A DNA stretch of 64,000 nucleotides from a virus. The stretch covers positions 19,040-83,039 of the IMG/VR virus record IMGVR_UViG_3300032397_000008; one strand, written 5' to 3'. Both the position numbers and the translations under genes were made by a program. The notes below the pieces were generated by a model. That model did not search any database. It had not been told where the DNA came from and saw nothing but the letters and a program-made list of their open reading frames with translations. Every line of letters starts with the position of its first letter. Position 1 is the stretch's first letter. This document shows, piece after piece, positions 8,478-17,590 of the stretch.

Positions 8478-8484
8478 GTAAACT

Positions 8485-8560
8485 CCGGGTGTAGTGTAGC
8501 AGTCAACATGCTTGTTTCGGGAACAAGTGATCGTGGATGCAAATTCCACCACCCGGACCA
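8485..8560 (+). tRNA. tRNA-Pro(CGG)
   Basis: CTTGT-TTCGGGA-ACAAG; CCA. Confidence 0.85.
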
Positions 8561-8563
8561 ATT

Positions 8564-8742
8564 TTGAGTCGCCTGGTGCTCCGACAAGGAGATCGCCAGT
8601 TAGGGAGAGCATGCTCGTGTCGGCAGGAGTGCCTCCCAAATTCCGCCTGCTCACGTGCCACGAGTCTGGCTTGTCAGGATCGCTGCGGCACCCAAATGGC
8701 ATGTCGTAACAGCGTAGTAGCGCACGTCGCCAGGTGACTCAA
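8564..8742 (+). ncRNA. Unknown structured RNA (~180 nt)
   Basis: Terminal stem TTGAGTCGCCTGGTG/CGCCAGGTGACTCAA with internal hairpins; no credible ORF. Confidence 0.5.
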
Positions 8743-8774
8743 TTACTTGTTATGCTTTCCGTTCTTACAGGCGT

Positions 8775-9116
8775 ATGTTAAAAGCAGTATGCAGCCGGTG
8801 TGGGCATGTTTGGGATGTGCCATTGGAAGCAGTACGATCGGGGGCGGGTGTAATTTTTCCGGGACATCCTCATTTTCAAACCTGGGCCGCAGATATGGAA
8901 TGTGCTCGATGTGGCATAGCGTGCCCTCATGTGTTAACCAAAGATGGACGCCCTTACAGGGAATCCGGGGATAAACAACGCATGTTAGAGAAGGCGGCGC
9001 AAGAGCCTGATCATTTTCTTATGGCATGTTTTACGGAAGGATACGAATCAATTTTATTGCCAGATAGCACAATAGAAATGCAGGCGGCTCTGACCATTTT
9101 GACGGGTCGTCGCTGA
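8775..9116 (+). CDS. Zn-ribbon hypothetical protein
   Basis: CSRC...CARC; GTTCTT motif upstream. Confidence 0.6.
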   Translation: MLKAVCSRCGHVWDVPLEAVRSGAGVIFPGHPHFQTWAADMECARCGIACPHVLTKDGRPYRESGDKQRMLEKAAQEPDHFLMACFTEGYESILLPDSTIEMQAALTILTGRR

Positions 9117-9149
9117 GGGTTATCTAAAATGTATACCCTCTGCACCAAC

Positions 9150-9635
9150 TTATCCGTCATATTTTCTAATTCCTATCTCATATTCAACGTGATGGGTTGG
9201 ACATAAGACATCTAAGTTTTGCATCACATTGTTATTACGATTTTTATCTCTATGATGAACTTCAAGAACAGAACTGATAGAATACCCGCATATGGTGCAT
9301 TTTTCTCCATACTGCTCTAGTGCTCGTTTTCGATAGCTAGATATCCCTGATTTGTAATATGGGTGATTTATTCCTCGTATAAGCCGTCCTCTGAATGTAT
9401 TGGCACACTGTTTTGAACAGAAGTGTTTTTCTGCTCGGTTAAACTTTGATTGTTGTTTGGATATTTCTTTTCTGCATTCATCGCAGTTAAGCATAACCTG
9501 CTTTTTATGCGCCGCATCACTACATTTTCTCGAACAGTAGGGTAGCGTACCATGACACCTATTTGCAGAGACCCATTTGGTAGGTCTTTGAAATTCATTT
9601 TTACACCTGGTGCATATTAGCACCATAGTTCGCAT
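9150..9635 (-). CDS. HNH endonuclease with zinc-finger repeats
   Basis: CTICG...EVHHRDKNRNNN...NLDVLCPTHH. Confidence 0.85.
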   Translation of the reverse strand: MRTMVLICTRCKNEFQRPTKWVSANRCHGTLPYCSRKCSDAAHKKQVMLNCDECRKEISKQQSKFNRAEKHFCSKQCANTFRGRLIRGINHPYYKSGISSYRKRALEQYGEKCTICGYSISSVLEVHHRDKNRNNNVMQNLDVLCPTHHVEYEIGIRKYDG

Positions 9636-9688
9636 ATTCTAACTACGACTGCCATCTGTGGATTTGACAAAGTCAGTGCAAGCAGTCT

Positions 9689-9762
9689 TGCTGGGTAGTG
9701 TAATAGTAGCACGAGGGTCTCTGAAACCCTTTGAATGGGTGCGAATCCTGTCCCAGCAGCCA
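9689..9762 (+). tRNA. tRNA-Gln(CTG)
   Basis: AGGGT-CTCTGAA-ACCCT; CCA. Confidence 0.85.
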
Positions 9763-9769
9763 ATTTCAC

Positions 9770-9844
9770 TGCTGAGTGTTGAAATAGTATCTTCCCGTCC
9801 TGTTAAGACGTGGGTTCCTGGTGCGAATCCAGGCTCAGCAGCCA
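9770..9844 (+). tRNA. tRNA-Asn(GTT)
   Basis: CGTC-CTGTTAA-GACG; G73; CCA. Confidence 0.8.
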
Positions 9845-9947
9845 CTTTGGTGACTCCTCTCCATCTCCCCGCTTCAGATGGGTCTTCAATGTCTCGATGA
9901 AGTCGTCTAAAAACAACATCGACCGATTGGAGGAGTCACCACTTTCT

Positions 9948-10024
9948 GCTCCCGTGGCCGAACAGACTTAGGCAGCGATTTTCTAAGTCGCCTTATGCAG
10001 GTGCAACTCCTGTCGGGAGTACCA
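9948..10024 (+). tRNA. tRNA-Arg(TCT)
   Basis: GCGAT-TTTCTAA-GTCGC; CCA. Confidence 0.85.
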
Positions 10025-10043
10025 TTTTCGTGACTGTGAGCGA

Positions 10044-10131
10044 GGATAGCTAAACGGACAAGCGTGCCGTCACCGCCTTGAAAGCGGCAGGGACCTTCGG
10101 GTCTGGGGGGCAGTACCTCAACTATCCGCCA
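10044..10131 (+). tRNA. tRNA-Ser(TGA)
   Basis: CCGC-CTTGAAA-GCGG; long variable arm; G73; CCA. Confidence 0.75.
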
Positions 10132-10168
10132 CTTTGCGTTTCGACGCTGTCCACTCGTATACACCGTT

Positions 10169-10204
10169 GTGGTGGTCGCTGTTCAAGCCAGTGACCGATG
10201 CCAC
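10169..10204. repeat. Dispersed 36-nt hairpin repeat, copy 1 of 3
   Basis: GTGGTGGTCGCTGTTCAAGCCAGTGACCGATGCCAC; also at 22731 and 25040. Confidence 0.9.
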
Positions 10205-10221
10205 TGTTCTTAGTAGTAGGC

Positions 10222-10926
10222 ATGTCAAATGTACCACGAATACGTTCCTTGGAGATTGCGATCACTTACGTTTGCAATGTCAAGTGTCATAACTGTAATT
10301 CCCTTTGTACCCAGGCACCTGTCAAACAGTCTACAGACATGACCGTCGATCAAGTGAGGAGGTTTGTGGACGAATCCGTGGCATGTAGCTACCCCTGGGA
10401 GCGACTTCTTCTATTTGGAGGTGAACCCACCCTCCATCCAAACTTCTTAGATATCTGTACCCTATTATATGATTACCGTCTACAACACAATCGCCGCGTG
10501 AGCTTGATATGTTGTTCCAACGGATCGAATCCTGGCAAGGTAGATGCCGCCGTAAAGATGGGATTTGAACCTCATGTGTCAGTCAAGCTCAAAACCAACT
10601 ATCCTTGGTCGTACGAACCGGTAAACATCAGCCCGGTTGATCGAGGCATAAAAGGCACACCCGGGTGTCACTGGTCGTATGATTGTGGTATTGGAATGAA
10701 CACTTTGGGGTTTTGGCCGTGTAGTCCAGCGGGTGCTGCTGCCCGTGTGTTTGGATACGCTGCTCCAGTGACTTCAGTTAAGGACATCACTGCTGAGCGT
10801 CTTATGACAATGTACTCGCATTGCGATCATTGCGGTGCTGGTTTGGTAAGTGAACCACGGGCTATGGAGCAGGTAAGTAGTCCTGAGTGGGTTGCCAAGC
10901 TTGACGCTTACAACAAGAGGATTTGA
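10222..10926 (+). CDS. Radical SAM protein
   Basis: CNVKCHNC (CxxxCxxC); GGEPTLHP; Cys-rich C-terminus. Confidence 0.85.
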   Translation: MSNVPRIRSLEIAITYVCNVKCHNCNSLCTQAPVKQSTDMTVDQVRRFVDESVACSYPWERLLLFGGEPTLHPNFLDICTLLYDYRLQHNRRVSLICCSNGSNPGKVDAAVKMGFEPHVSVKLKTNYPWSYEPVNISPVDRGIKGTPGCHWSYDCGIGMNTLGFWPCSPAGAAARVFGYAAPVTSVKDITAERLMTMYSHCDHCGAGLVSEPRAMEQVSSPEWVAKLDAYNKRI

Positions 10927-10944
10927 CAGGCCGAAGTGTGAGGG

Positions 10945-11511
10945 TTATCTAAAGCACAGTTTTTTTTCGTGTATCCAGGAGTTCCCCACAATTGTAGGAA
11001 ATTCTCGTATAACATCGTGAACTGCCTGGCCTACGGCGGGACATCCGAAGTCGTGTCCACCAATGGTGCCACCCAAACGTACCAAAGGCAACCAGGATTT
11101 CAGATCAGTCACGACACTTGCGTAATCGTGACTACCATCAATGTAAACGAAGTCCAAACTTCCTGGAGTGTAGAGTTTGGCCGCTTCGACGGATGATAAT
11201 CGAATTGGGTGTATGAAAGTGCTTACCGGCGCTGTGTGGTACAGGAACTCTTCGAACAGCGTGTTGTTTACAACAGATGGTACACTGGCGTGTTCGGCAC
11301 TCCCCTTCCAGTGGTCTACGACATCAAACTTTATGTTCTTACCACTGTTGGCAATTTCGACTGCCATGAAAGCCGTGCTCTTACCCATCCAGGCTCCGAT
11401 TTCAACAAAGTGAGCTCCTCGCAGTGCTAATCGTACGGCCTTGCTGTAAACTTCTTGAAAGTCAAACCAGCCGGCGATGTTTTCGTAGAAGTGCTCCATA
11501 CCCTGAATCAA
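10945..11511 (-). CDS. Class I SAM methyltransferase (Methyltransf_24-like)
   Basis: VEIGAWMGKS, DFVYIDGSHDY, GGTIGGHD. Confidence 0.85.
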   Translation of the reverse strand: MIQGMEHFYENIAGWFDFQEVYSKAVRLALRGAHFVEIGAWMGKSTAFMAVEIANSGKNIKFDVVDHWKGSAEHASVPSVVNNTLFEEFLYHTAPVSTFIHPIRLSSVEAAKLYTPGSLDFVYIDGSHDYASVVTDLKSWLPLVRLGGTIGGHDFGCPAVGQAVHDVIREFPTIVGNSWIHEKKLCFR

Positions 11512-11921
11512 TGTTTTGGCGGAGATGGCTTACTACGCTCTTCCTTTAACACTTCGAAGAAGTACCCCATCACGTTGAACATGACACCAGCCAGGGCATC
11601 GTGCATAGTTTCACGGCCGGGAAGGTTGTTGTGAATAGACCACCAGTCCATGAAGTGACGCCAGGCACTTTTCATGTAAACATCCTTAGGTATGCCTTTT
11701 TTCCAATTGTCCGAGGGACGCAACGAGCCGTTCGACTGGACTCGGTGCTTGTTCATGTACTCGACAAATGCCTTAAGAACTTCGGGTGAAAGGAACCCCT
11801 CGTAATCTAATTTGCCAGCTTCCGTGTCACGAGTCGCTCCAGTTTTGAATTGGCGAATTTTTTTAGGGAGTTGAGCGGCCACACAATAAAGAACACAATT
11901 TGGCGGAAGTCCGGTATACAC
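11508..11921 (-). CDS. DUF5664-like dATP/dGTP diphosphohydrolase domain protein (start uncertain)
   Basis: RQFKTGATRD..GKLDY...DNWKKGIP..Y..SAWRH. Confidence 0.65.
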   Translation of the reverse strand: MYTGLPPNCVLYCVAAQLPKKIRQFKTGATRDTEAGKLDYEGFLSPEVLKAFVEYMNKHRVQSNGSLRPSDNWKKGIPKDVYMKSAWRHFMDWWSIHNNLPGRETMHDALAGVMFNVMGYFFEVLKEERSKPSPPKH

Positions 11922-11991
11922 GAGGACACCGATTCGAAATCGGCTGCGGTTTTGTAGACCGTCGTGGGTGGAATTCCCATTTCCGCCGCCA
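11902..11991 (+). tRNA. tRNA-Ser(CGA)
   Basis: CCGA-TTCGAAA-TCGG; long variable arm; CCA. Confidence 0.8.
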
Positions 11992-12024
11992 TTTTGCGTT
12001 CTATACCGTAGTTAGAGCAAGACT

Positions 12025-12621
12025 GTGTCTATGAAGGTGTGCCCAAAGTGTAGAAAATCGTTTCCTCACGCTATTAAAGTGGATGGCAGGTGGAAGAGTT
12101 CGAACCGGCGGTATTGTTGGGCTTGCTCACCTACCGGGTGTGTTGCAGGCAGGATTCCTGGGAAGGTTTGTAAAGGATGTGGTAGTCACTTTACTTCGAG
12201 TGCTAGTAAGCGGCTGTACTGCCTTGTTTGCTCTCCTATTGGGTTCAAAGGAGGGAAACATCCTCACGAAAAAGGAGCGGAGCGAATCTGTTCGACTTGC
12301 AAGCGGCTTTACTCCTATTTTCCTAGCAAAGGGCACAGCTGGATTCAATGCAATTCATGTGTGGTCAATGGAAGACGAGAAAGGGTGCGGGATCGTGCGG
12401 TGGATTGTAAAGGGGGTAGGTGCATAATCTGCGGATACTCAAAACGGTGCCGGTCTTTACATTTTCACCATGTAGACCCAACTCAAAAAGACTTCTGTGT
12501 AAACGGCGCTGTCGCAGCACTATCGTGGAAAAAGATCAAGCTGGAACTAGATAAATGCGTGTTGCTGTGCGCAAACTGCCATGGTGAGGTTCACGATGGG
12601 CTAGCGACTTTCGTCAGTTAG
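12025..12621 (+). CDS. HNH endonuclease with multiple CxxC fingers
   Basis: CIICGY...LHFHHVDP...ELDKCVLLCANCHGEVH. Confidence 0.85.
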   Translation: MSMKVCPKCRKSFPHAIKVDGRWKSSNRRYCWACSPTGCVAGRIPGKVCKGCGSHFTSSASKRLYCLVCSPIGFKGGKHPHEKGAERICSTCKRLYSYFPSKGHSWIQCNSCVVNGRRERVRDRAVDCKGGRCIICGYSKRCRSLHFHHVDPTQKDFCVNGAVAALSWKKIKLELDKCVLLCANCHGEVHDGLATFVS

Positions 12622-12685
12622 CTTAATAGAAAAGCACTCGGCTGATAACCGAGCGACGCCGGAGCGTTACCGGCACTGACGACCA
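12612..12685 (+). tRNA. tRNA-Ile(GAT)
   Basis: CTCGG-CTGATAA-CCGAG; CCA. Confidence 0.85.
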
Positions 12686-12695
12686 CTTTTTAAAT

Positions 12696-12770
12696 GCCAG
12701 CATAGCTCAGGAGTAGAGCGGCTGCTTGAAGCGCAGTGCGTCGAGGGTGCGATCCCTTCTGCTGGCACCA
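12696..12770 (+). tRNA. tRNA-Phe(GAA)
   Basis: GCTGC-TTGAAGC-GCAGT; CCA. Confidence 0.85.
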
Positions 12771-12776
12771 CTTTAC

Positions 12777-12853
12777 GGGGCCATCGTCTAGTAGCCTAGG
12801 ATACCGCCCTTTCAAGGCGAAGATCGTGAGTGCGAATCTCACTGGCCCTACCA
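12777..12853 (+). tRNA. tRNA-Glu(TTC)
   Basis: CGCC-CTTTCAA-GGCG; CCA. Confidence 0.85.
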
Positions 12854-12955
12854 ATGACAAATAGGTAGACAATGAGATCGTCCATGCCGTCGTCGTGGGC
12901 ATCGTCCGAGAATCCGTTCTTGGGTCGTATGGGAGTAGTTAAATCAAACTCACGT

Positions 12956-13873
12956 ATGCCTAAGAAACCAACCGAGATCACCAACATTGTCACTATATCA
13001 GACAGCCATTTTGGATCAACCCTCGGTCTATGCTCTCCAAAAGTTCGTTTGGACGACGGCGGTTGGTACACTGCTTCTCCGGTCCAGGAGAAGATATGGG
13101 GCTTTTGGAAAGATTTCTGGAAGTGGACTTTCAACCTCATTGGAGATGAACCTTTTGCGCTCGTTCACAACGGCGACATCGTAGACGGAGACCACCACGG
13201 CACCACCGCACTGTTCAGTCACAACTTGAAAGATCAGGAGAACTTGGCAGTGAAGGTCATGAGCCCTATTGTGGAGCGTGCGGCGCTTTATTTTCAGATT
13301 CGTGGCACTGAGGCTCACGTCGGTCAGAGTGCTTCGTTTGAAGAGAGAGTTGCGGAACGATTAGGTGCTGTCGTAGACGAAGAGACGGGTCAACACTCTC
13401 GTTGGGAGCTGTGCGTTGAACTCGGCCACGAGATCATTCACTTTAGCCATCACATCGGGACGACCAGCTCGGTTGCCTACGAGTCGAGTGCTCTCATGCG
13501 GGAGATTGCTGCGACGTTTATGGAAGCAGGGCAATGGGGGCAGCGTCCACCAACTGTTTTGGTGCGTAGTCACAGGCATCGTTATTGTGAGGTCAAACCT
13601 CCCAATTGCCGTATTTTGGTCACCCCTGGGTGGCAAGGTAAAACAAGTTTCGTGTTTAAGATGGACCGTATGCGCATGCCTCAGTTTGGTGGCGTTATCA
13701 TCCGTCTGAACGACAATGGAAAAGGTGTGCACGCCCGAGAGCGTGTTTACACTCTTAGCCGTTCGCAACCTGTCAATTTTGACAAAGCTATCAATGGAAA
13801 AAAGCACAATGAAAATTCTCAAAAAAACCGCTCCGTGCGCAGCGCTTGGGAACTCCCAGACACCACCGAGTGA
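12956..13873 (+). CDS. Calcineurin-like metallophosphoesterase
   Basis: SDSHFG, NGDIVDG, RGTEAH, SHRH; likely ATG 12956. Confidence 0.8.
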   Translation: MPKKPTEITNIVTISDSHFGSTLGLCSPKVRLDDGGWYTASPVQEKIWGFWKDFWKWTFNLIGDEPFALVHNGDIVDGDHHGTTALFSHNLKDQENLAVKVMSPIVERAALYFQIRGTEAHVGQSASFEERVAERLGAVVDEETGQHSRWELCVELGHEIIHFSHHIGTTSSVAYESSALMREIAATFMEAGQWGQRPPTVLVRSHRHRYCEVKPPNCRILVTPGWQGKTSFVFKMDRMRMPQFGGVIIRLNDNGKGVHARERVYTLSRSQPVNFDKAINGKKHNENSQKNRSVRSAWELPDTTE

Positions 13874-14123
13874 TGCCCCAGCGCCCTTGACTGTCAACGA
13901 GTGGCTTACCGCTTATTTGGAAGTCGTGGCTGACAAGGAAGAGCAAGTTCCAAAGGGATACCTGCCCCGTGGGGAGCTTGCCAAAAAGATGGGATGCGGC
14001 ATAGCGACGGCTAGCGAACGTGGTAACGTATTGTATCGTGCGGGCAGGGCGGATCGTATCGAACTCCGTCGTCTGATCGGCGGTAGAATCAGAATAGTTC
14101 CTTACTTCAAGTTGCATTGTTGA
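13809..14123 (+). CDS. Small HTH-like protein (start uncertain)
   Basis: RGELAKKMGCGIATASER. Confidence 0.5.
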   Translation: MKILKKTAPCAALGNSQTPPSDAPAPLTVNEWLTAYLEVVADKEEQVPKGYLPRGELAKKMGCGIATASERGNVLYRAGRADRIELRRLIGGRIRIVPYFKLHC

Positions 14124-14125
14124 GT

Positions 14126-14200
14126 GGCCCGTTCGTCTACCGGCTAGGATCACAGATTCTCAATTTGTGGAAAGGGGATCGACACCCCTACGGGCTACCA
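14126..14200 (+). tRNA. tRNA-Glu(CTC)
   Basis: ACAGA-TTCTCAA-TTTGT; CCA. Confidence 0.85.
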
Positions 14201-14205
14201 ATTTT

Positions 14206-14282
14206 GGGGCTAAGGTGTAATAGAACTGCACGTCTCTCTGCGAAAGAGAAGGTTCTCGGTGCGATTCCGAGTAGCCCTACCA
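14206..14282 (+). tRNA. tRNA-Arg(GCG)
   Basis: TCTCT-CTGCGAA-AGAGA; CCA. Confidence 0.8.
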
Positions 14283-14309
14283 CTTTTTGACCATCGTTGT
14301 AGTTAAGAT

Positions 14310-14427
14310 ACGGCGGTGGTGAGATGACCGGGCTGACGCCCTTTGCGGGTTTCTTGCTTTTCCCGCAACGTCGGATCACCTTTGTCGGTGCGGCGGATTT
14401 TCTCCTTTCCCGCCCACTGGACGCCGT
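14310..14427 (+). ncRNA. Unknown small structured RNA
   Basis: ACGGCG/CGCCGT closing stem with internal hairpins, immediately after a GTAGTTA motif. Confidence 0.4.
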
Positions 14428-14433
14428 TTTCCT

Positions 14434-14509
14434 GCTCTTGTGGCGCAATAGACAGCGCAGCGCTCTCCTAAAGCGAAGGTTGTGAGTGCAACTCTCACCA
14501 AGAGTACCA
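14434..14509 (+). tRNA. tRNA-Arg(CCT)
   Basis: CGCT-CTCCTAA-AGCG; CCA. Confidence 0.85.
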
Positions 14510-14510
14510 T

Positions 14511-14584
14511 GCCCGGTTAGCACAGAAGCAGTGCACCAATCCTACACATTGGCTAAGCTGGAGCGTTACCAGCACCGGGTACCA
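14511..14584 (+). tRNA. tRNA-Val(TAC)
   Basis: CCAAT-CCTACAC-ATTGG; CCA. Confidence 0.8.
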
Positions 14585-14588
14585 TTTT

Positions 14589-14664
14589 GCCCCCGAAGCA
14601 TATAAAGTGATGCGTCGGTTTCGTAAACCGAAGAATGCAGGGCAGTACTGCACTGGGGGCTCCA
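14589..14664 (+). tRNA. tRNA-Thr(CGT)
   Basis: TCGGT-TTCGTAA-ACCGA; CCA. Confidence 0.8.
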
Positions 14665-14681
14665 TTTCAGTTCTCTGTACT

Positions 14682-15356
14682 GTGATCATCAATCTCAGCC
14701 CATCCGAACGACGTCACTGTTATGAGTACGCAGAAAAGTGGATGACCGTAGACGGCGGCCGGCACTATAACCGGCGTGAGAGCACTTCCACGAAAAAGCG
14801 AGTCACAGACCAGTGTATCGGCAAAGCAGGTGAGGTGGCAGTCTCCAAGTTTTTACAAGGAGAAGGGTTGCGTGTTACCGGCCCAGACTTCGAAGTTTAC
14901 ACTCCAGCTGGTAAATCGTGGAAACAAGACTTGGTGGTACATTTTGATGATCATGACGAAAATCCCCATGTGAAGTCTCAAAGCTTATCTGCTGTTAAGA
15001 TATATGGTATAGTGGGGTGGGTTTTTCAGTATGCTGATGACTATGGTAACGCCGAGGGTAGTCATAGGGACTGGCACATTTTTGGGTCAGGGTACCCTGT
15101 TCAGTTAAACGGGAATGACTTACGCCAAGTGCCTGAGGGTGTGAACGGAGACGAGAAGATATTTTGCTGTTCTGTTCTCGATGACATTAGCCAAGTGTGC
15201 CTTCGTGCGCACGTCTCGCTTCGTGCTCTGTACGCCCATGCTCTGTTCAGGCTACCGGAGAAGAACGACATCAAGCTGTCCAAACGGGTGATTCATTTTT
15301 CAGCGTTGAGGCGGGTTAACGATCCAGAGATCGAAATATCCGGTCAACAATGGTAA
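14682..15356 (+). CDS. Hypothetical protein, possible PD-(D/E)xK nuclease
   Basis: GKAGEVAV...PDFE...DL...HVKSQ; likely GTG 14682. Confidence 0.5.
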   Translation: MIINLSPSERRHCYEYAEKWMTVDGGRHYNRRESTSTKKRVTDQCIGKAGEVAVSKFLQGEGLRVTGPDFEVYTPAGKSWKQDLVVHFDDHDENPHVKSQSLSAVKIYGIVGWVFQYADDYGNAEGSHRDWHIFGSGYPVQLNGNDLRQVPEGVNGDEKIFCCSVLDDISQVCLRAHVSLRALYAHALFRLPEKNDIKLSKRVIHFSALRRVNDPEIEISGQQW

Positions 15357-15396
15357 GTGGCCGATAACGGTACTCAAATTTTCCGTTCTTCGGAGT

Positions 15397-16326
15397 ATGG
15401 TGTCCACCACGCTGCGCACAAAACTAACCCCTGTCCGGTATCCAGGTGGGAAGTCTAATGCACTTCCTTTTCTGAAGGAATACTTGCCGGTCGACTATGC
15501 TGAATGGAGGGAACCTTTCTTCGGTGGCGGTTCTGTGGGTCTCTTTCAAATGCAGCGTAACAAGACTGCCACCTATTGGATAAACGATTTGTTCTATCCC
15601 GTTTACTGCTTCTGGAATATCGTCTATCACAATCCCGAGGCAATGGTTGTTACCCTGTTGGAGGGCAAGCGAGCATTCCCGAACAAGGAAGAAGGAAGGG
15701 CATTGCATAAGGACATGCGTACACGTATCATCGAGTACATTAACGCTCAGGATGAACTTAGCACTGCCTGTGCTTGGTACGTACTGAACAAGACCTCTTA
15801 TTCCGGATTGGCGATGGCAGGATCATACGCTCCGCTCGCTTGGGATCAGAATTTTACCGAGAACTGTATTATTCGACTGCCTAGAATCAGTCTTCTAATG
15901 CATTCTGTGCGGTCGGTCAAGATTACGAATTTGGATTATACTGAGTTGTTGAGTAACACTGGAGAGAATGTGTTTGTGTTTTTAGACCCGCCCTACGCGA
16001 TTCGTCACAACCTTTACGGTGATGTCCAGGGTGCGATGCACCGAAATTTTAACCACGAAGAGTTCGCTTTGGCCATCCAAGCGTGTCAGCATCGGTGGAC
16101 TATCACCTACAACGCCAGCCAGGAGATCAAAGATAGATTTTCCAAGTACCAGCAGCGCGAGTGGCAGCTAACGTATACAATGAAAGCAGCGAAACGATTA
16201 GAAGGGGATAGAGCAAAAGTCAAAGGGGTGGGTGGTGCCAGGCAGAGTGATAAGACTGGTAAGTGCGGTAAAGAACTGCTTGTTTGGAACTGGGAAGGGG
16301 AAACTTACCCCGTAGTTAAAGCATGA
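15397..16326 (+). CDS. dam: DNA adenine methyltransferase (Dam/D12 class)
   Basis: RYPGGKS, EPFFGGGSV, INDL, LDPPY. Confidence 0.92.
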   Translation: MVSTTLRTKLTPVRYPGGKSNALPFLKEYLPVDYAEWREPFFGGGSVGLFQMQRNKTATYWINDLFYPVYCFWNIVYHNPEAMVVTLLEGKRAFPNKEEGRALHKDMRTRIIEYINAQDELSTACAWYVLNKTSYSGLAMAGSYAPLAWDQNFTENCIIRLPRISLLMHSVRSVKITNLDYTELLSNTGENVFVFLDPPYAIRHNLYGDVQGAMHRNFNHEEFALAIQACQHRWTITYNASQEIKDRFSKYQQREWQLTYTMKAAKRLEGDRAKVKGVGGARQSDKTGKCGKELLVWNWEGETYPVVKA

Positions 16327-16604
16327 CCAGAGCGCAGACCGTTGTAAACATCTTGTTGGAAGACGATGCACCAACAATTCCAGTCCGTCAACAGGAACCC
16401 TATGAAGTCGTTAGGGTGTGTGCAATGTGCGAGCAAGAAAAGGGTAGAGCAGTGATAGGTCCTGGTCAAAAACCTTCTCATGGGTTGTGCCCTCGTCATT
16501 ATCAGGAGGCTGCAAAGGAGTACGGTATTTCGCCTGATCGAGTACAGAAAGTTCTTGATTTGGAAGCCAGTAAACCGCCTTTTTGGCATGACACGCCTAG
16601 ATGA
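16323..16604 (+). CDS. Small Zn-binding protein
   Basis: CAMC...SHGLCPRH; N-terminal VVNILLE. Confidence 0.6.
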   Translation: MTRAQTVVNILLEDDAPTIPVRQQEPYEVVRVCAMCEQEKGRAVIGPGQKPSHGLCPRHYQEAAKEYGISPDRVQKVLDLEASKPPFWHDTPR

Positions 16605-16608
16605 TTTT

Positions 16609-16682
16609 GCGCCATTAGCATAAAAGTAATGTGCTAGTCTTCCAAACTAGCGAAGTCGGAGCATTACCGACATGGCGCTCCA
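16609..16682 (+). tRNA. tRNA-Gly(TCC)
   Basis: CTAGT-CTTCCAA-ACTAG; CCA. Confidence 0.85.
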
Positions 16683-16687
16683 ATTTT

Positions 16688-16761
16688 GCCCTTGTAGTAC
16701 AAAAGCAGTATGCGTGCATGGTAAGCACGAGATGACGGGGCAGTACCGTCCTAGGGCTCCA
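16688..16761 (+). tRNA. tRNA-Thr(GGT)
   Basis: CGTGC-ATGGTAA-GCACG; CCA. Confidence 0.85.
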
Positions 16762-16830
16762 TATTTTGTTCTTGACGACGTTTTCCAGGTGTGATTTACT
16801 GGGCACGTTCTTTGAGATTTTGTATGGAAT

Positions 16831-17267
16831 GGGGGCGTTACGGAATCGACTGACTGAACGAACCCGAATGCGACATGCCAAGGATGATCGTTGGCCTTGT
16901 AAAATCCCGATCAAAAGTCAAATGCTAAACACATATCTGACTCCCTGGTGAACGGTCTTAGGACCGCCTGGGCTCGAATCGTCGATCGTGCGGGTGCATT
17001 GATCGATGCAATTCGTAGCACTGCGGAACCGACCTTCGCCTCGATGGCGGCGTAAGCTACCACGTCCAACTCCCGATGTCTGCTGAGGAGAATGGGCGAA
17101 AACAGCAGGCAAAACAACAGCACTCGTAAGAGCTGATAATCTTCCGATAGGTGCCAGCAGATGCCAGGTGGCTAGGGTGAGCACCGAAGTAAACACCTGG
17201 AGAAGCATGTGTAAGCGTCGGTAAGTGCAGTTAGGACGCGAGGTTCGAATCCTCGCCGCCTCCACCA
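16831..17267 (+). ncRNA. ssrA: tmRNA
   Basis: 5' GGGGGCGTTACGGAATCGAC; 3' GGTTCGAATCCTCGCCGCCTCCACCA; tag frame ends FASMAA* at 17055. Confidence 0.92.
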
Positions 17268-17436
17268 CTTTTGGATACTTAAGCACGGTCAGGGGGCTGA
17301 AGGGTCGCACAGGATTCTTCAGCTTTATCGACTCGTCCTTATGCCTGCCCGTTCTGTGATCTTGGTGGGCAGTCTGGATGTGCCGTGCGTCGCAGTGATT
17401 CTCAGGTAGACGTGCTTGGGCCGCACTGCGACACCC

Positions 17437-17508
17437 GCCAGCAGGTCAAGTGACCGATGGTGTCTCATAAGCACTGTCAGGCAGGAGCGTTACCTGCTAC
17501 TGGCACCA
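17437..17508 (+). tRNA. tRNA-Met/Ile2(CAT)
   Basis: GGTGT-CTCATAA-GCACT; short D arm; CCA. Confidence 0.7.
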
Positions 17509-17515
17509 ATTTCAT

Positions 17516-17590
17516 GGGCTGCAAGCTTTGCAAGCGAAGCATCTGGCTCTTACCCAGAAGAACCCGGAGCATTACCGGGGCGGCTCACCA
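17516..17590 (+). tRNA. tRNA-Lys(CTT)
   Basis: TCTGG-CTCTTAC-CCAGA; CCA. Confidence 0.85.

Noticed and set aside
8431-8482. Long hairpin between the two tRNA-Pro genes as a mobile element
   Set aside because: No other copy or target duplication was seen; more likely a processing or terminator hairpin.
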